64,000 nt of DNA, from positions 1-64,000 of IMG/VR virus record IMGVR_UViG_3300014031_000001; one strand, written 5' to 3'. This document shows, piece after piece, positions 19,376 through 27,507 of this stretch. Position numbers and translations under genes: made by a program. The stretch's first letter is position 1. Each line of letters starts with the position of its first letter. Source of the DNA: a virus. Lineage: Duplodnaviria; Caudoviricetes. Under the pieces are notes generated by a model that worked only from the letters and a program-made list of their open reading frames with translations, made no database searches and was not told the origin of the DNA.

Positions 19376-19923
19376 TGGAAGACGTGCCCGCAGTGCAGGG
19401 CTTTGCCGAAGACCCGATCACGGCCCAGACGTGTGAGGAGCTGAAAAAGCTCGACAACCGCCCCGTGGCGACGCGCTACACGCCCGACGGCGAGGTGGTG
19501 ATCCGTCGCGTCGATGGGCGCGACCAGGACGAGCCGCTCGACTTCCCTGACCCGGTCTTGCCGCTGGGCTTGCGGCCCTCCGACAAGGGGGCTATGGCCA
19601 TCTTGCACAGCGCCGTCTGCCAGGTTCGTGATATGCCCAAGCGCAACGTGCCGGTGACGCGCGGCGAGCTCGAGCGGCGGAAGGTGACCAAGACAAGCCT
19701 GACGCGCCTGGAGCGCCTGGGGCTTGTGCAGACCCGCCTCGTGCGACTTATCGACGCCACCGGCAAAGCCAAGCGTGCCGTGGCCGTCTGCTATCCGACG
19801 TCACAGGGGCGCGCCTTCGTTTTGAAGAACTTTGACCCCGAATACGAAAGGGACCTGCGTGCCTACGAAGCCAAAAAAAGAGCCGGTGCCGGCAAAGCCC
19901 GCGCCAGCGAGCTCCCCAGCTGA
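19375..19923 (+). CDS. hypothetical protein, possible winged helix
   Basis: GGAGG RBS; LTRLERLGLV...YPTSQGR. Confidence 0.55.
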   Translation: MEDVPAVQGFAEDPITAQTCEELKKLDNRPVATRYTPDGEVVIRRVDGRDQDEPLDFPDPVLPLGLRPSDKGAMAILHSAVCQVRDMPKRNVPVTRGELERRKVTKTSLTRLERLGLVQTRLVRLIDATGKAKRAVAVCYPTSQGRAFVLKNFDPEYERDLRAYEAKKRAGAGKARASELPS

Positions 19924-20365
19924 GATCGTCGAAGCTCTGCAAGACACCGTCGAGATCTTCAACGAAAGTTTCCAGCGCTGGACGGACGACCACGGCTGCG
20001 TCGCAAGCTTCGTGTGGAAGTACGCTGAGCTGGATGGTCAGCCCATAAAGGTCATGGAGCTGCAGTCGGCGATCCGCCTGGAGCTCGGCCAGGTCGACAA
20101 GATTCTCTACCGCCGCGACGCCCCCACCGACGCGGTGATGGAGCGTGTCATGGAGGAGGCCAAGAAGGCCGCCGCCGAAAAGCTAACCCCCGACGAGTTC
20201 GTCGTTGAAGGGCTGAAGGCGCCCCTCGCTAGGGTCGACGGGCTGAAGCTGCTGCTGAAGATCGGCATCTCGGAGGTGCGGATCACCGCCACCGAGTGCG
20301 ACGACCTGGCGACGTGGCTCAAATCGAAGGCGCATCACCTACGCATGGTGGCCTTCGGCACCTAA
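19859..20365 (+). CDS. hypothetical protein
   Basis: Fills the interval before the 20384 promoter motif. Confidence 0.55.
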   Translation: MPTKPKKEPVPAKPAPASSPAEIVEALQDTVEIFNESFQRWTDDHGCVASFVWKYAELDGQPIKVMELQSAIRLELGQVDKILYRRDAPTDAVMERVMEEAKKAAAEKLTPDEFVVEGLKAPLARVDGLKLLLKIGISEVRITATECDDLATWLKSKAHHLRMVAFGT

Positions 20366-20383
20366 AAAAACGTTACATCTCCT

Positions 20384-20433
20384 GGCATAAGACATTAGCG
20401 CAGGCGTTTCCGTTGGGGAGACGCCTGCGCTTT
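20384..20433 (+). promoter_or_regulatory. GGCATAAG promoter-like motif followed by a strong leader hairpin
   Basis: Motif 20384-20391 shared with other operon starts; AGCGCAGGCGT (20397-20407) pairs with ACGCCTGCGCT (20421-20431). Confidence 0.5.
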
Positions 20434-20458
20434 ATCGCTATGGCTAAGGAGTACGGAG

Positions 20459-21091
20459 TTGAAGACTGTCGATGTTGTGATTCAGGGTACGACGCCGCTA
20501 CTGATCAACCGTTTTAAGGAGCAAGACGAGATCCCTGCGACGATGGTGACGAAGGGCAAGAAGGACTACGGCACGCCGCGCTACCAGGCGGAGATGACGG
20601 CCTACCGTGACGAGGACACCAAGCGCCTTTGGGTGCCGTGCAGCTGGATCAGCGGGTCGATCGCCACGATCGCCTCTGACTACAAGCTCACTGGCAGCAA
20701 AAAAAGCGTGAAGTCGGTGTCCGGCGGCGCCATCGTCCCGACCGCCGAGAAGTGCTACTTCGTCGAGGAGTTTACCGTCGACGATGTCGAGATCGACTCG
20801 CGCCCCGTTGTCGTCAACCGCGCGCGCATCATGCGCCACCGCGCTCGTCTGGAAGAATGGACACTAGCGTTCTCGCTCGAGATCGACGAAAACATCCTGC
20901 CGACCGACCGCGTCAAAGAGATCCTGGACGACGCCGGCCGGCGTTCTGGCATGGGCGACTACCGCCCGCCGAAAGGTGGGCCGTTCGGTAAGTACATCGT
21001 CGTCAGCTGGCAGGTCCAGAAGGGCGACATCCCCGAGCCGAAACCGAAGCCGGTGCTCGTAGCGAAAGAGCGTAAGAAAAAGGCGTTGTAG
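20459..21091 (+). CDS. stand-alone RAMP/Cas7-like RNA-binding protein (Vipr-like)
   Basis: TAAGGAG RBS with TTG start; first strand V.IQGTTPLLI; WVP.SWISGSI; thumb-like DSRPVVV..ARIMRHR; W.L.F.L; Gly-rich loop AG..SGMGDYRP..GGPFGKY. Confidence 0.8.
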   Translation: MKTVDVVIQGTTPLLINRFKEQDEIPATMVTKGKKDYGTPRYQAEMTAYRDEDTKRLWVPCSWISGSIATIASDYKLTGSKKSVKSVSGGAIVPTAEKCYFVEEFTVDDVEIDSRPVVVNRARIMRHRARLEEWTLAFSLEIDENILPTDRVKEILDDAGRRSGMGDYRPPKGGPFGKYIVVSWQVQKGDIPEPKPKPVLVAKERKKKAL

Positions 21092-21136
21092 CGTAAGTGC
21101 TTTGACCACCGCCCTACTCCGGCGGGGGCCATTCGC

Positions 21137-21416
21137 GGCATGGTGCGGACGGCATGGCTTGGCGTGGTACGGCTCGGTAAGGCATGGCACGCAGCGGTTT
21201 GGACGACGGGGTTCGGCGTGGCACGGCTGGGCGGAGTACGGCTCGGACGATTTGGTATGGCTACCTCTGGTGAGGCATGGTTAGGCTCGGTAGCGTGCGG
21301 AAGGCACGGCAAGGTGGGGTCTGCAATGGTATGGCAAGGCGGGGCAGGGTCCGCAGCGGTAAGGACGACGCGACATGGTTTGCTGTGGCACGGTTTTTAA
21401 AGGCGCGGTGAGGCCC
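21137..21416 (+). repeat. GGY-NN pentamer array 1 (candidate guide-RNA array)
   Basis: ggcat ggctt ggcgt ggtac ggctc ggtaa...; 4-nt GGAH units at 21147, 21201, 21245, 21299, 21363. Confidence 0.92.
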
Positions 21417-21417
21417 T

Positions 21418-21843
21418 ATGCACACGGTCTCCGACGATGACATCGATCTGCTTGTGGCTACGAATTTCTGCAAGATGTTTCGGCACAACGGCAGCTGGTG
21501 GGACCGAAATGGCAACCTGTACCCAAACTCCTGGAGTCCCGCCAGGAACGTGACGTTGTGCATGGGACTCCTATCTCGCTTCACGGCCAAGGGCTGGACC
21601 GTGGAGATTTTTGACTCGCCCCTTCCCACGTGTGTTCTCTCCAAAGACGAGCGACGATTCAGCGGCGAAGATCGGTCGGAAGCGCGTGCGGCGGGCATCG
21701 CCGTGCTGAAGACCAAGGGCCTATGGAAAGGGCAAGGTACGGATGGTTTGGTAAGGCAGGGCCAGTTGAGGCGGGGCGTGGTGGGGCTCGGACGATTAGG
21801 CGCGGTCGGGTCGGGCAAGGACCGGCATGGTCGGGTGAAGTGA
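21418..21843 (+). CDS. hypothetical protein whose last ~37 codons run through array 2
   Basis: GAGG RBS formed by the end of array 1. Confidence 0.55.
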   Translation: MHTVSDDDIDLLVATNFCKMFRHNGSWWDRNGNLYPNSWSPARNVTLCMGLLSRFTAKGWTVEIFDSPLPTCVLSKDERRFSGEDRSEARAAGIAVLKTKGLWKGQGTDGLVRQGQLRRGVVGLGRLGAVGSGKDRHGRVK

Positions 21844-21921
21844 GGCAGGGCAAGGTCTGGACGACACGTAGTGGTTAGGGGCGGCGGGGCAAGGCAAGGC
21901 AAGGCAAGGACGGTAAGGCAG
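21731..21921 (+). repeat. GGY-NN pentamer array 2
   Basis: 5-nt period; GGAH units at 21741, 21790, 21859, 21908. Confidence 0.92.
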
Positions 21922-21943
21922 ACAACGTGCATGGAGGTGTGGC

Positions 21944-22261
21944 GTGCTACAGGTTCATTGCCAGGATTATCTGGCAACGGTGCGCGAGTTTGCGAAGGAA
22001 CATGGGCTAGAAGAAGCATTGGAAGAAAAGCTCGACTGGCTCAAAGATTATTGTGGCGGCACGTGCGTGTGCGACCTCTATAAAGATTTTGCGCCGCAAA
22101 GCTTCGGCTTCACCCTGGCCAAGATCGAAGACGACGGACGTCGCAACCACTGGTTCACGGGTGGGCTCATCTACCAGGGGCCGGACTCCCCAGGAGATGG
22201 CTCTTATCCGGCGCTTTCCGTAAGTCTGACCCCCGGTACAGGCTGGCAGATACACACGTAG
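21944..22261 (+). CDS. DUF4120-like protein
   Basis: GGAGG RBS; LYKDFAPQSFGF...GGLIYQG...SVSL...GWQIHT. Confidence 0.7.
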   Translation: MLQVHCQDYLATVREFAKEHGLEEALEEKLDWLKDYCGGTCVCDLYKDFAPQSFGFTLAKIEDDGRRNHWFTGGLIYQGPDSPGDGSYPALSVSLTPGTGWQIHT

Positions 22262-22274
22262 GAATTTCAAGGGA

Positions 22275-22472
22275 GTGACTGTGGCGACGAATGCAGAGGG
22301 TGGTTGGACAGCCAAGAGGGCGAAAGAGCTGCAGGCGGCGATCGTCGCGCTCGAGCTCGAAGCCGAGCAACTGAGGGTGAATAACCGTCCCGCACTGGCG
22401 CTAGAGGCCTCGCGCAAAGCCGTGCGCCTGCGCCGGCGCCTTGAAGAAGAGCGCGCCGCACAAGGAGCATAG
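22275..22472 (+). CDS. small helical hypothetical protein
   Basis: AAGGGAG RBS. Confidence 0.5.
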   Translation: MTVATNAEGGWTAKRAKELQAAIVALELEAEQLRVNNRPALALEASRKAVRLRRRLEEERAAQGA

Positions 22473-22483
22473 CCCTTCAGATC

Positions 22484-22753
22484 GGTGTGCTAGGGCTCGG
22501 CAGGGCGGGGAAGGGCGTGGTTTGGCAAGGCTTGGTTCGGACGAAGCGTTGCGGCTACGCACGGCATGGCACGGTGGTGTACGGCAAGGTCAGGACGATC
22601 AGGTGTCGCATGGCATGCCATGGCGAGGCGTCGTACGGCATGGTGACGAGAGGCGAGGTGTGGCAGGGTTAGGACGCTGTGGCAAGGTTAGGCTGGCACA
22701 GGTGAGGTGTGGCATGGCTCGGATGCACAGACGAGGTGAGGCAAGGGAGGCGA
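22484..22753 (+). repeat. GGY-NN pentamer array 3
   Basis: 5-nt period; GGAH units at 22539, 22593, 22672, 22721. Confidence 0.92.
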
Positions 22754-23001
22754 TTAAAAAATTCAAAGAGTTCACAAGCACCTGCCACTACTGCGGCTGG
22801 CTCGTGATGATGAAGAGCGAAGAGGCGCCGCCATACAGGCCGCGCCCCGACGACTGCTGGTGCCTGGGGTGCGGCCAGCGCTACTTCTGCGCTGTATCGC
22901 TGGCCGAAGAAAAATCGTCGGCGACTGACGCCGCCGACGACCATATGGAGAGGACAAGCACCGAAAGAGGCGGCTCTTCTAGCACAGCCCCGGGGCTTTG
23001 A
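22754..23001 (+). CDS. small CxxC...CxxC protein, start uncertain
   Basis: TCHYCG...WCLGCG in the frame following array 3. Confidence 0.4.
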
Positions 23002-23118
23002 CGAGCGCTGCGCGAGCGTCGCCCAAGCCCTAGGTTTTATGGGTATAAGACTGGTGAGCCGCTCTACTTCATCGTGAAGCATTGCGGCTTTCTTTTTTCC
23101 CTTTTTAAGAGGTGCCCC

Positions 23119-23541
23119 ATGAAAGGTCCGAAGAAACCCAAGCGTCTTTTGAAGCTTGCGGTGACGCCCAAGGCCGGCACACGCGTCAGTAAGCGCGCCA
23201 ACTCGCGCGGCTACAAAGGCATGGTGTTGCGCGTGCACCACCATGCGCAGGTGCTGGAGCCGATGCTGGCCCACATCGCCAGCTGCATCCCGACCTGGGA
23301 CTTTGCCGAGTGGCGCACGAGTGAAACGGCGCAGGTTTTCTGCACGGCCGACGGCCGCTACTTTCGCCTCGAGCCTATTCTCGACAAGAAGGGCTACGCC
23401 GGGATCCGTCTGCTGAGCTGCTCGCAGCTGCGCGGCGGCACCAAGCTGCGCCTGTTGGAGATCTTCCACGATCTGCGCAACGGCACGAAGTGGGAAAGTC
23501 TCACCGACTTTCTAACCGACACGACGAAGGTCGCTGTCTAA
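23119..23541 (+). CDS. hypothetical protein
   Basis: GAGGT RBS; downstream of GGTATAAG at 23042. Confidence 0.65.
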   Translation: MKGPKKPKRLLKLAVTPKAGTRVSKRANSRGYKGMVLRVHHHAQVLEPMLAHIASCIPTWDFAEWRTSETAQVFCTADGRYFRLEPILDKKGYAGIRLLSCSQLRGGTKLRLLEIFHDLRNGTKWESLTDFLTDTTKVAV

Positions 23542-23550
23542 GGAGCCGCA

Positions 23551-23874
23551 ATGAACCTAAAGAGCAATGTGACGGTGCGCTACCCCCACGACGAGGGCTT
23601 TACCAACAAGGAGCTGCGGACTCTTCGTCGGCTTAGATGCTACGAGGAGATGTTGCTGCCGTCCCGAGGCGGCTCGCCTAAAAAAGCGCGTGCCTTTCTC
23701 GAAGAGAACGACCGGCAAGAGGTCGCCAATTTACGCCGGCACGTGGAAGCGCGTGAGGCGGAGCGTCGGCGAACGAGCCAACCGGCACCAAGATCGTCGT
23801 GGTGGTCGTGCGACGACCACGAGCTCATCCCGCTTTTGACAGCGTTCCTGATGGGCTGGAATATGAACAAGTAA
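23551..23874 (+). CDS. hypothetical protein
   Basis: TAAGGAG RBS. Confidence 0.6.
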   Translation: MNLKSNVTVRYPHDEGFTNKELRTLRRLRCYEEMLLPSRGGSPKKARAFLEENDRQEVANLRRHVEAREAERRRTSQPAPRSSWWSCDDHELIPLLTAFLMGWNMNK

Positions 23875-23920
23875 AAAAAATCCGCAGAGCTTGGGTGCTC
23901 GGCGGACCTTTCAGTCGTGG

Positions 23921-23957
23921 CCGGCAGCACACGTAAGTGTGCTGCCGGTTTTTCTTT
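23921..23957 (+). terminator. intrinsic terminator
   Basis: CCGGCAGCACAC-GTAA-GTGTGCTGCCGG followed by TTTTTCTTT. Confidence 0.85.
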
Positions 23958-24028
23958 AGCCTATGCGGGTTAGCCCAAAACCCGTCGGCCTCAACTATGG
24001 TGATATGGTGACAACTGAAAAGCTGGTC

Positions 24029-24590
24029 TTAGTGGATCGAGTGCAGGTGCCGGGCTGCCGCCAAGCGCCGGCCAGCCGCCGAGACTTCAAGGCCGAGCAT
24101 CTGGTCATACACCGCGTGCCGAGACGCCGCCTCGTCTTGCTTCGCCAACAGTCCCGCGACTTGCTCTTGGAGTTGCTCGACGAGCTGCTTCAAGAAGGCC
24201 ACGGCCTGGTCGTTAGCCCGTCCGGAGAAGTGGTTGTGCAGTGCGAGGTGGCACTCCTCTTGAAACTGCAGAAGCTTCTCGCGAAGCTCCGGCTTCACCT
24301 TGTTGGCGTTGATGCCGTAGAGCCAGCCGTTGAGCTGACGCACGGGAAGAGCCAGCATAGTCCTGTTTTTCCCGTCATTTGCAACTATGGTGATATCACC
24401 ATAGTTGAAGCGCGGGTCCTTGATGAGCTTCGCGTGCTGGCTCTTCCAGTCAACGCCGATAGCTTCGGCAATGGGCTTTACCGCCACCATATGCTCGCCG
24501 CCATATGCTCGCCGCCATATGCTCGCCGCCATGCTCGTTAATCCATGCCACTAAATCCCAGCCCTTAAACGGAATCCTAATCTCCTGCAT
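24029..24590 (-). pseudogene. P22 Ant-like N-terminal domain antirepressor, frameshifted by a 14-bp repeat expansion
   Basis: VAVKPIAEAIGVDW..Q...DGKNR.MLALP...LNGWLYGINANKVKPELREKL..FQEEC..AL..HF; natural start ATG 24590 with GGGGAG RBS is out of frame. Confidence 0.8.
24487..24537. repeat. tandem repeat (CCATATGCTCGCCG)x3 plus partial copy
   Basis: Exact copies at 24487, 24501 and 24515. Confidence 0.95.
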
Positions 24591-24789
24591 CTGTCTGCTC
24601 CCCAAGTGATGTTGCGCCGCCATGTACGGCGTGCGGTTAGGTACTTCAAAGGACTTATACCTGCTACTTGCCTCGTTCAGAGAATCGTAAACAACGGTAT
24701 GACCGCGCGCCGTTGTGCAAAAAATATCCGCTTAGCAGGTATAAGCAAAATAGAAAACCCATACATAACTACAGGATGGAGTGCAGCAC

Positions 24790-25275
24790 ATGTCGAAGAC
24801 GCATGTTGTCGTTGGGGGAATTGTTGTGGGCGTTGTCGGTGCCGGTCTCTTTGCTTTCTTTCGTTGGCATCATCGCCGCAAGCGCACAAGGGCCCTGCCT
24901 CTTGAGCCGCAGACGGTGCTGCCCGTTACAGAGACTGCCGGCGTAATACCCGTACTAGAGAAAAGTTTTGATCGGCTCCGAGCCCTCCTGCCTGAGGTCC
25001 ACCACGGCCTCATCGACGCCCACCAGACGCTCGTCACAACGCTTGCAGCGAAGCACTGTGATCCCGCCCACGTCATAGAAACGGTAAACCCGGTGCTGGC
25101 AGATCTCATCGCCGCACTGGAAGACAACCGCGAGATCGTACTCGACGAGCTCATTGCGGACCTGGTCGAGACGACGCGCGACATCCTGTCAGGGGTCGCG
25201 ATGAAAGATCTTGGCCTTCTTCTGGAAGCTGGTAGACGGTCCACCGCCTTGGCCATGGCCAGCGGCTTCCTTTGA
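24790..25275 (+). CDS. N-terminally anchored membrane protein
   Basis: GGAG RBS; VVVGGIVVGVVGAGLFAFF followed by a basic run. Confidence 0.6.
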   Translation: MSKTHVVVGGIVVGVVGAGLFAFFRWHHRRKRTRALPLEPQTVLPVTETAGVIPVLEKSFDRLRALLPEVHHGLIDAHQTLVTTLAAKHCDPAHVIETVNPVLADLIAALEDNREIVLDELIADLVETTRDILSGVAMKDLGLLLEAGRRSTALAMASGFL

Positions 25276-25640
25276 ACCTTGTGTATTCGGCCGCGCTTCA
25301 TGGGTGCACCCTGAGCGCGGCTTTGTTTCGTACCGTCTTTAGTCCGGGGCTGTGCGGATTTTCAATGTCGGACTTACTGCAGTAGGAGTGCGAGATGGAG
25401 AGCGGAAAGATCGTTACGAAAGACAGGGCAATTGCTTTTGGACTTGGCGCCGTCACCATGTGGGGGCTCAGCAAGGCCTTCCGCTTCGTTCGCTTCGCAT
25501 GGGCGGCGTCAAAAGACGGCGTAGCCATTGAAGTGTCGCGTGATACGCGGCACGTCGCCTAACGGCAAAAAGGAGTGGGGCTTCATGCCCCACTCTGCTA
25601 TTTTTTAGCGTACACGGGAAAACACAGTTCGGAGGTGCTT

Positions 25641-26759
25641 GTGGGACACGTTGCCGGGTTCGTCGTGGAGCGCGAAAAGCTCCATGCGGCCATTGGAAAG
25701 ATTGCGATCGCGCTGGAGAACAAAGACGAGCTCGAGGCCTACACGCTTCTAGCCCTCACCGTCGTCGACAAGTCACTGACCTTGTCAGCGGCCAACCAGA
25801 AGATGTCGGCGCAGGCCTGCGTGCCGCTTGAGGGCGCCAACGGTCCCACGTCTTTTTGCGTCTCGGGGAGCCTCCTCAAAAACATCGTCTCGTCCATTCC
25901 CGAAGGGCACCTCAGCTTTAGCGTGCCGGCCGACGGCAGCACGATTACTCTGACGGCCCGCGGATCGCGCTTTGGTCTGCACCAGACGTCCAGCGACAAG
26001 TTCCCGCCGCTAGCGGTCGACTACCGCCAGGTGGACTTCTACGAGGTCAGCTACACGGAGCTGATGACGGCCCTGCGCAAGGTCGAATTCTCCAGCGGCG
26101 ACGGCCCGCTCTCCAAGGACGTCTTCAAGGGCGTCTACGTCGACCAGACGAACTTCACGGCGACCGACGGTCGGCGGATTTCGATCTACCCCAACCATAT
26201 CCTGCGGGTGCCGCAACCCTTCATCATTCCGAGCGCCTCCGTCGAGCGCCTGCTCAAGCTCTACCGCGGCATGGATGAAGTCGGCGGATTCTACGGCTCG
26301 ACGTCGGGCCTGCACTTTATGAACAAGGGGGTCTTCGCCTCCAGCCGGACGCTCGTCGGTATTTTCCCCAACTACCGTCAGGTGATTCCGGGGGGCCTCC
26401 ACGTCGAGGCCCTGATCGACCGCGAGGCGACCCTTCACGCCATCAAGCGCATGCTGATCATGGCCGACAAGAAGGGCGACCGCAGCGTCGACTTTCTCTT
26501 CCAAGACGGCACGCTACGGGTCGCCTCGTCGGGGGCCGCCGGCCTTGGTAACGAGGAGCTCGACTGCCAGGTGGAGGGCCGCCACGCCTTCACTCTAAAC
26601 GGCACCTACGTCACCGAGGTCTTGGAGCGCATGGACGCGGCGACGGTCTGCGTGCAGCTGCGGCGCCCGCGCGTGCTGCCCGACGGCAGCGAGTCGCCGA
26701 GTGCCGTCGTTTTAACAGAAGGGGCCTATGTCAATGTCATCCTCCCTCTTAAGCGATAA
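25641..26759 (+). CDS. dnaN: DNA polymerase III beta sliding clamp
   Basis: GGAGG RBS; ~370 aa; FP, ATDGRR, IIP, FPNYRQVIP, LNGTYV.EVL, terminal VILPL. Confidence 0.9.
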   Translation: MGHVAGFVVEREKLHAAIGKIAIALENKDELEAYTLLALTVVDKSLTLSAANQKMSAQACVPLEGANGPTSFCVSGSLLKNIVSSIPEGHLSFSVPADGSTITLTARGSRFGLHQTSSDKFPPLAVDYRQVDFYEVSYTELMTALRKVEFSSGDGPLSKDVFKGVYVDQTNFTATDGRRISIYPNHILRVPQPFIIPSASVERLLKLYRGMDEVGGFYGSTSGLHFMNKGVFASSRTLVGIFPNYRQVIPGGLHVEALIDREATLHAIKRMLIMADKKGDRSVDFLFQDGTLRVASSGAAGLGNEELDCQVEGRHAFTLNGTYVTEVLERMDAATVCVQLRRPRVLPDGSESPSAVVLTEGAYVNVILPLKR

Positions 26760-26976
26760 AGAAAAGACCGAGAAGATGGCGCTGCTGAAAGAGCAGCGCA
26801 CGAAGACGATGCACCAGCAAATCCGCTCGGATCTGCGCCTCGTTGTACTGAACTACCTGACCAACCAGCAGTCGCTCGACGTAGCCATTGACAAATCCTT
26901 GCACGTTGACCGCACGGAGCTTTTGATCACGGCGCTGCACGAAATAGCCGATGAGCTGGAAAAGCATCGGCGCTGA
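26728..26976 (+). CDS. hypothetical protein
   Basis: Overlaps the end of dnaN. Confidence 0.5.
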   Translation: MSMSSSLLSDKEKTEKMALLKEQRTKTMHQQIRSDLRLVVLNYLTNQQSLDVAIDKSLHVDRTELLITALHEIADELEKHRR

Positions 26977-27168
26977 AAATGAATCCTTGGTACGATGGAT
27001 GAAACCATGTCTGGGTAACCAAAATGACGACCTTTAGACCAGGGGCCCACGAGGCACCGGCCGACCCCCAAGCCTTCGACCCCAAGGTGCCGGCACTTGT
27101 TGACGCCATCCCGCGGGCAAGCTACGACCCCCACGAATACCTTTTTGGCGACAACCAGGTGAGGCCTG

Positions 27169-27507
27169 ATGATGATGACGACTGAACAGCTCAGCACTGT
27201 ATACCTTCATTACGACCTCGGCCTGCGCCAGCAGTTCGAGATCTTTCTCGTCCTGATCGACGCTGGCCACTTCGAGGCAGCGGCGACGCTGGCACCGAAG
27301 ATCCGCGAGGCCCTGGACAAATACGGCGCCTTCCTGGCGAGCCTCGACGTCGAAGAGGAAGCCGCGGCGACCGACGCCCCGCCGCCGGGCGCGTTACATC
27401 CTGCACCAGAGAACGTGGAGCAGCGGCGCACGAAGAAGAAGGAGCGCGTGAATGTCGTCACCCCAGCGAGCGGCCCTGATCTTGAAGCCGAGAGCGTTCA
27501 AGAATAA
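27169..27507 (+). CDS. hypothetical protein
   Basis: GAGG RBS. Confidence 0.5.
   Translation: MMMTTEQLSTVYLHYDLGLRQQFEIFLVLIDAGHFEAAATLAPKIREALDKYGAFLASLDVEEEAAATDAPPPGALHPAPENVEQRRTKKKERVNVVTPASGPDLEAESVQE

Noticed and set aside
21137-22753. Interpretation as a CRISPR array or simple microsatellite
   Set aside because: No 23-47-bp identical repeats with spacers. Variation is concentrated at positions 4-5 of each unit and is punctuated regularly, unlike slippage satellites; only one short (GGCAA)4 run exists
21102-22781. ORF-track proteins spanning the arrays (21140..21400 +, 21261..22019 -, 22487..22672 +, 5' half of 22441..23001)
   Set aside because: G/R/A/W- or P/C/L-rich translations are by-products of the stop-poor GGYNN period and lack convincing RBSs
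23981-24418. Diversity-generating retroelement TR/VR pair
   Set aside because: Only 48 bp, differences are not adenine-specific, and there is no reverse transcriptase in the window
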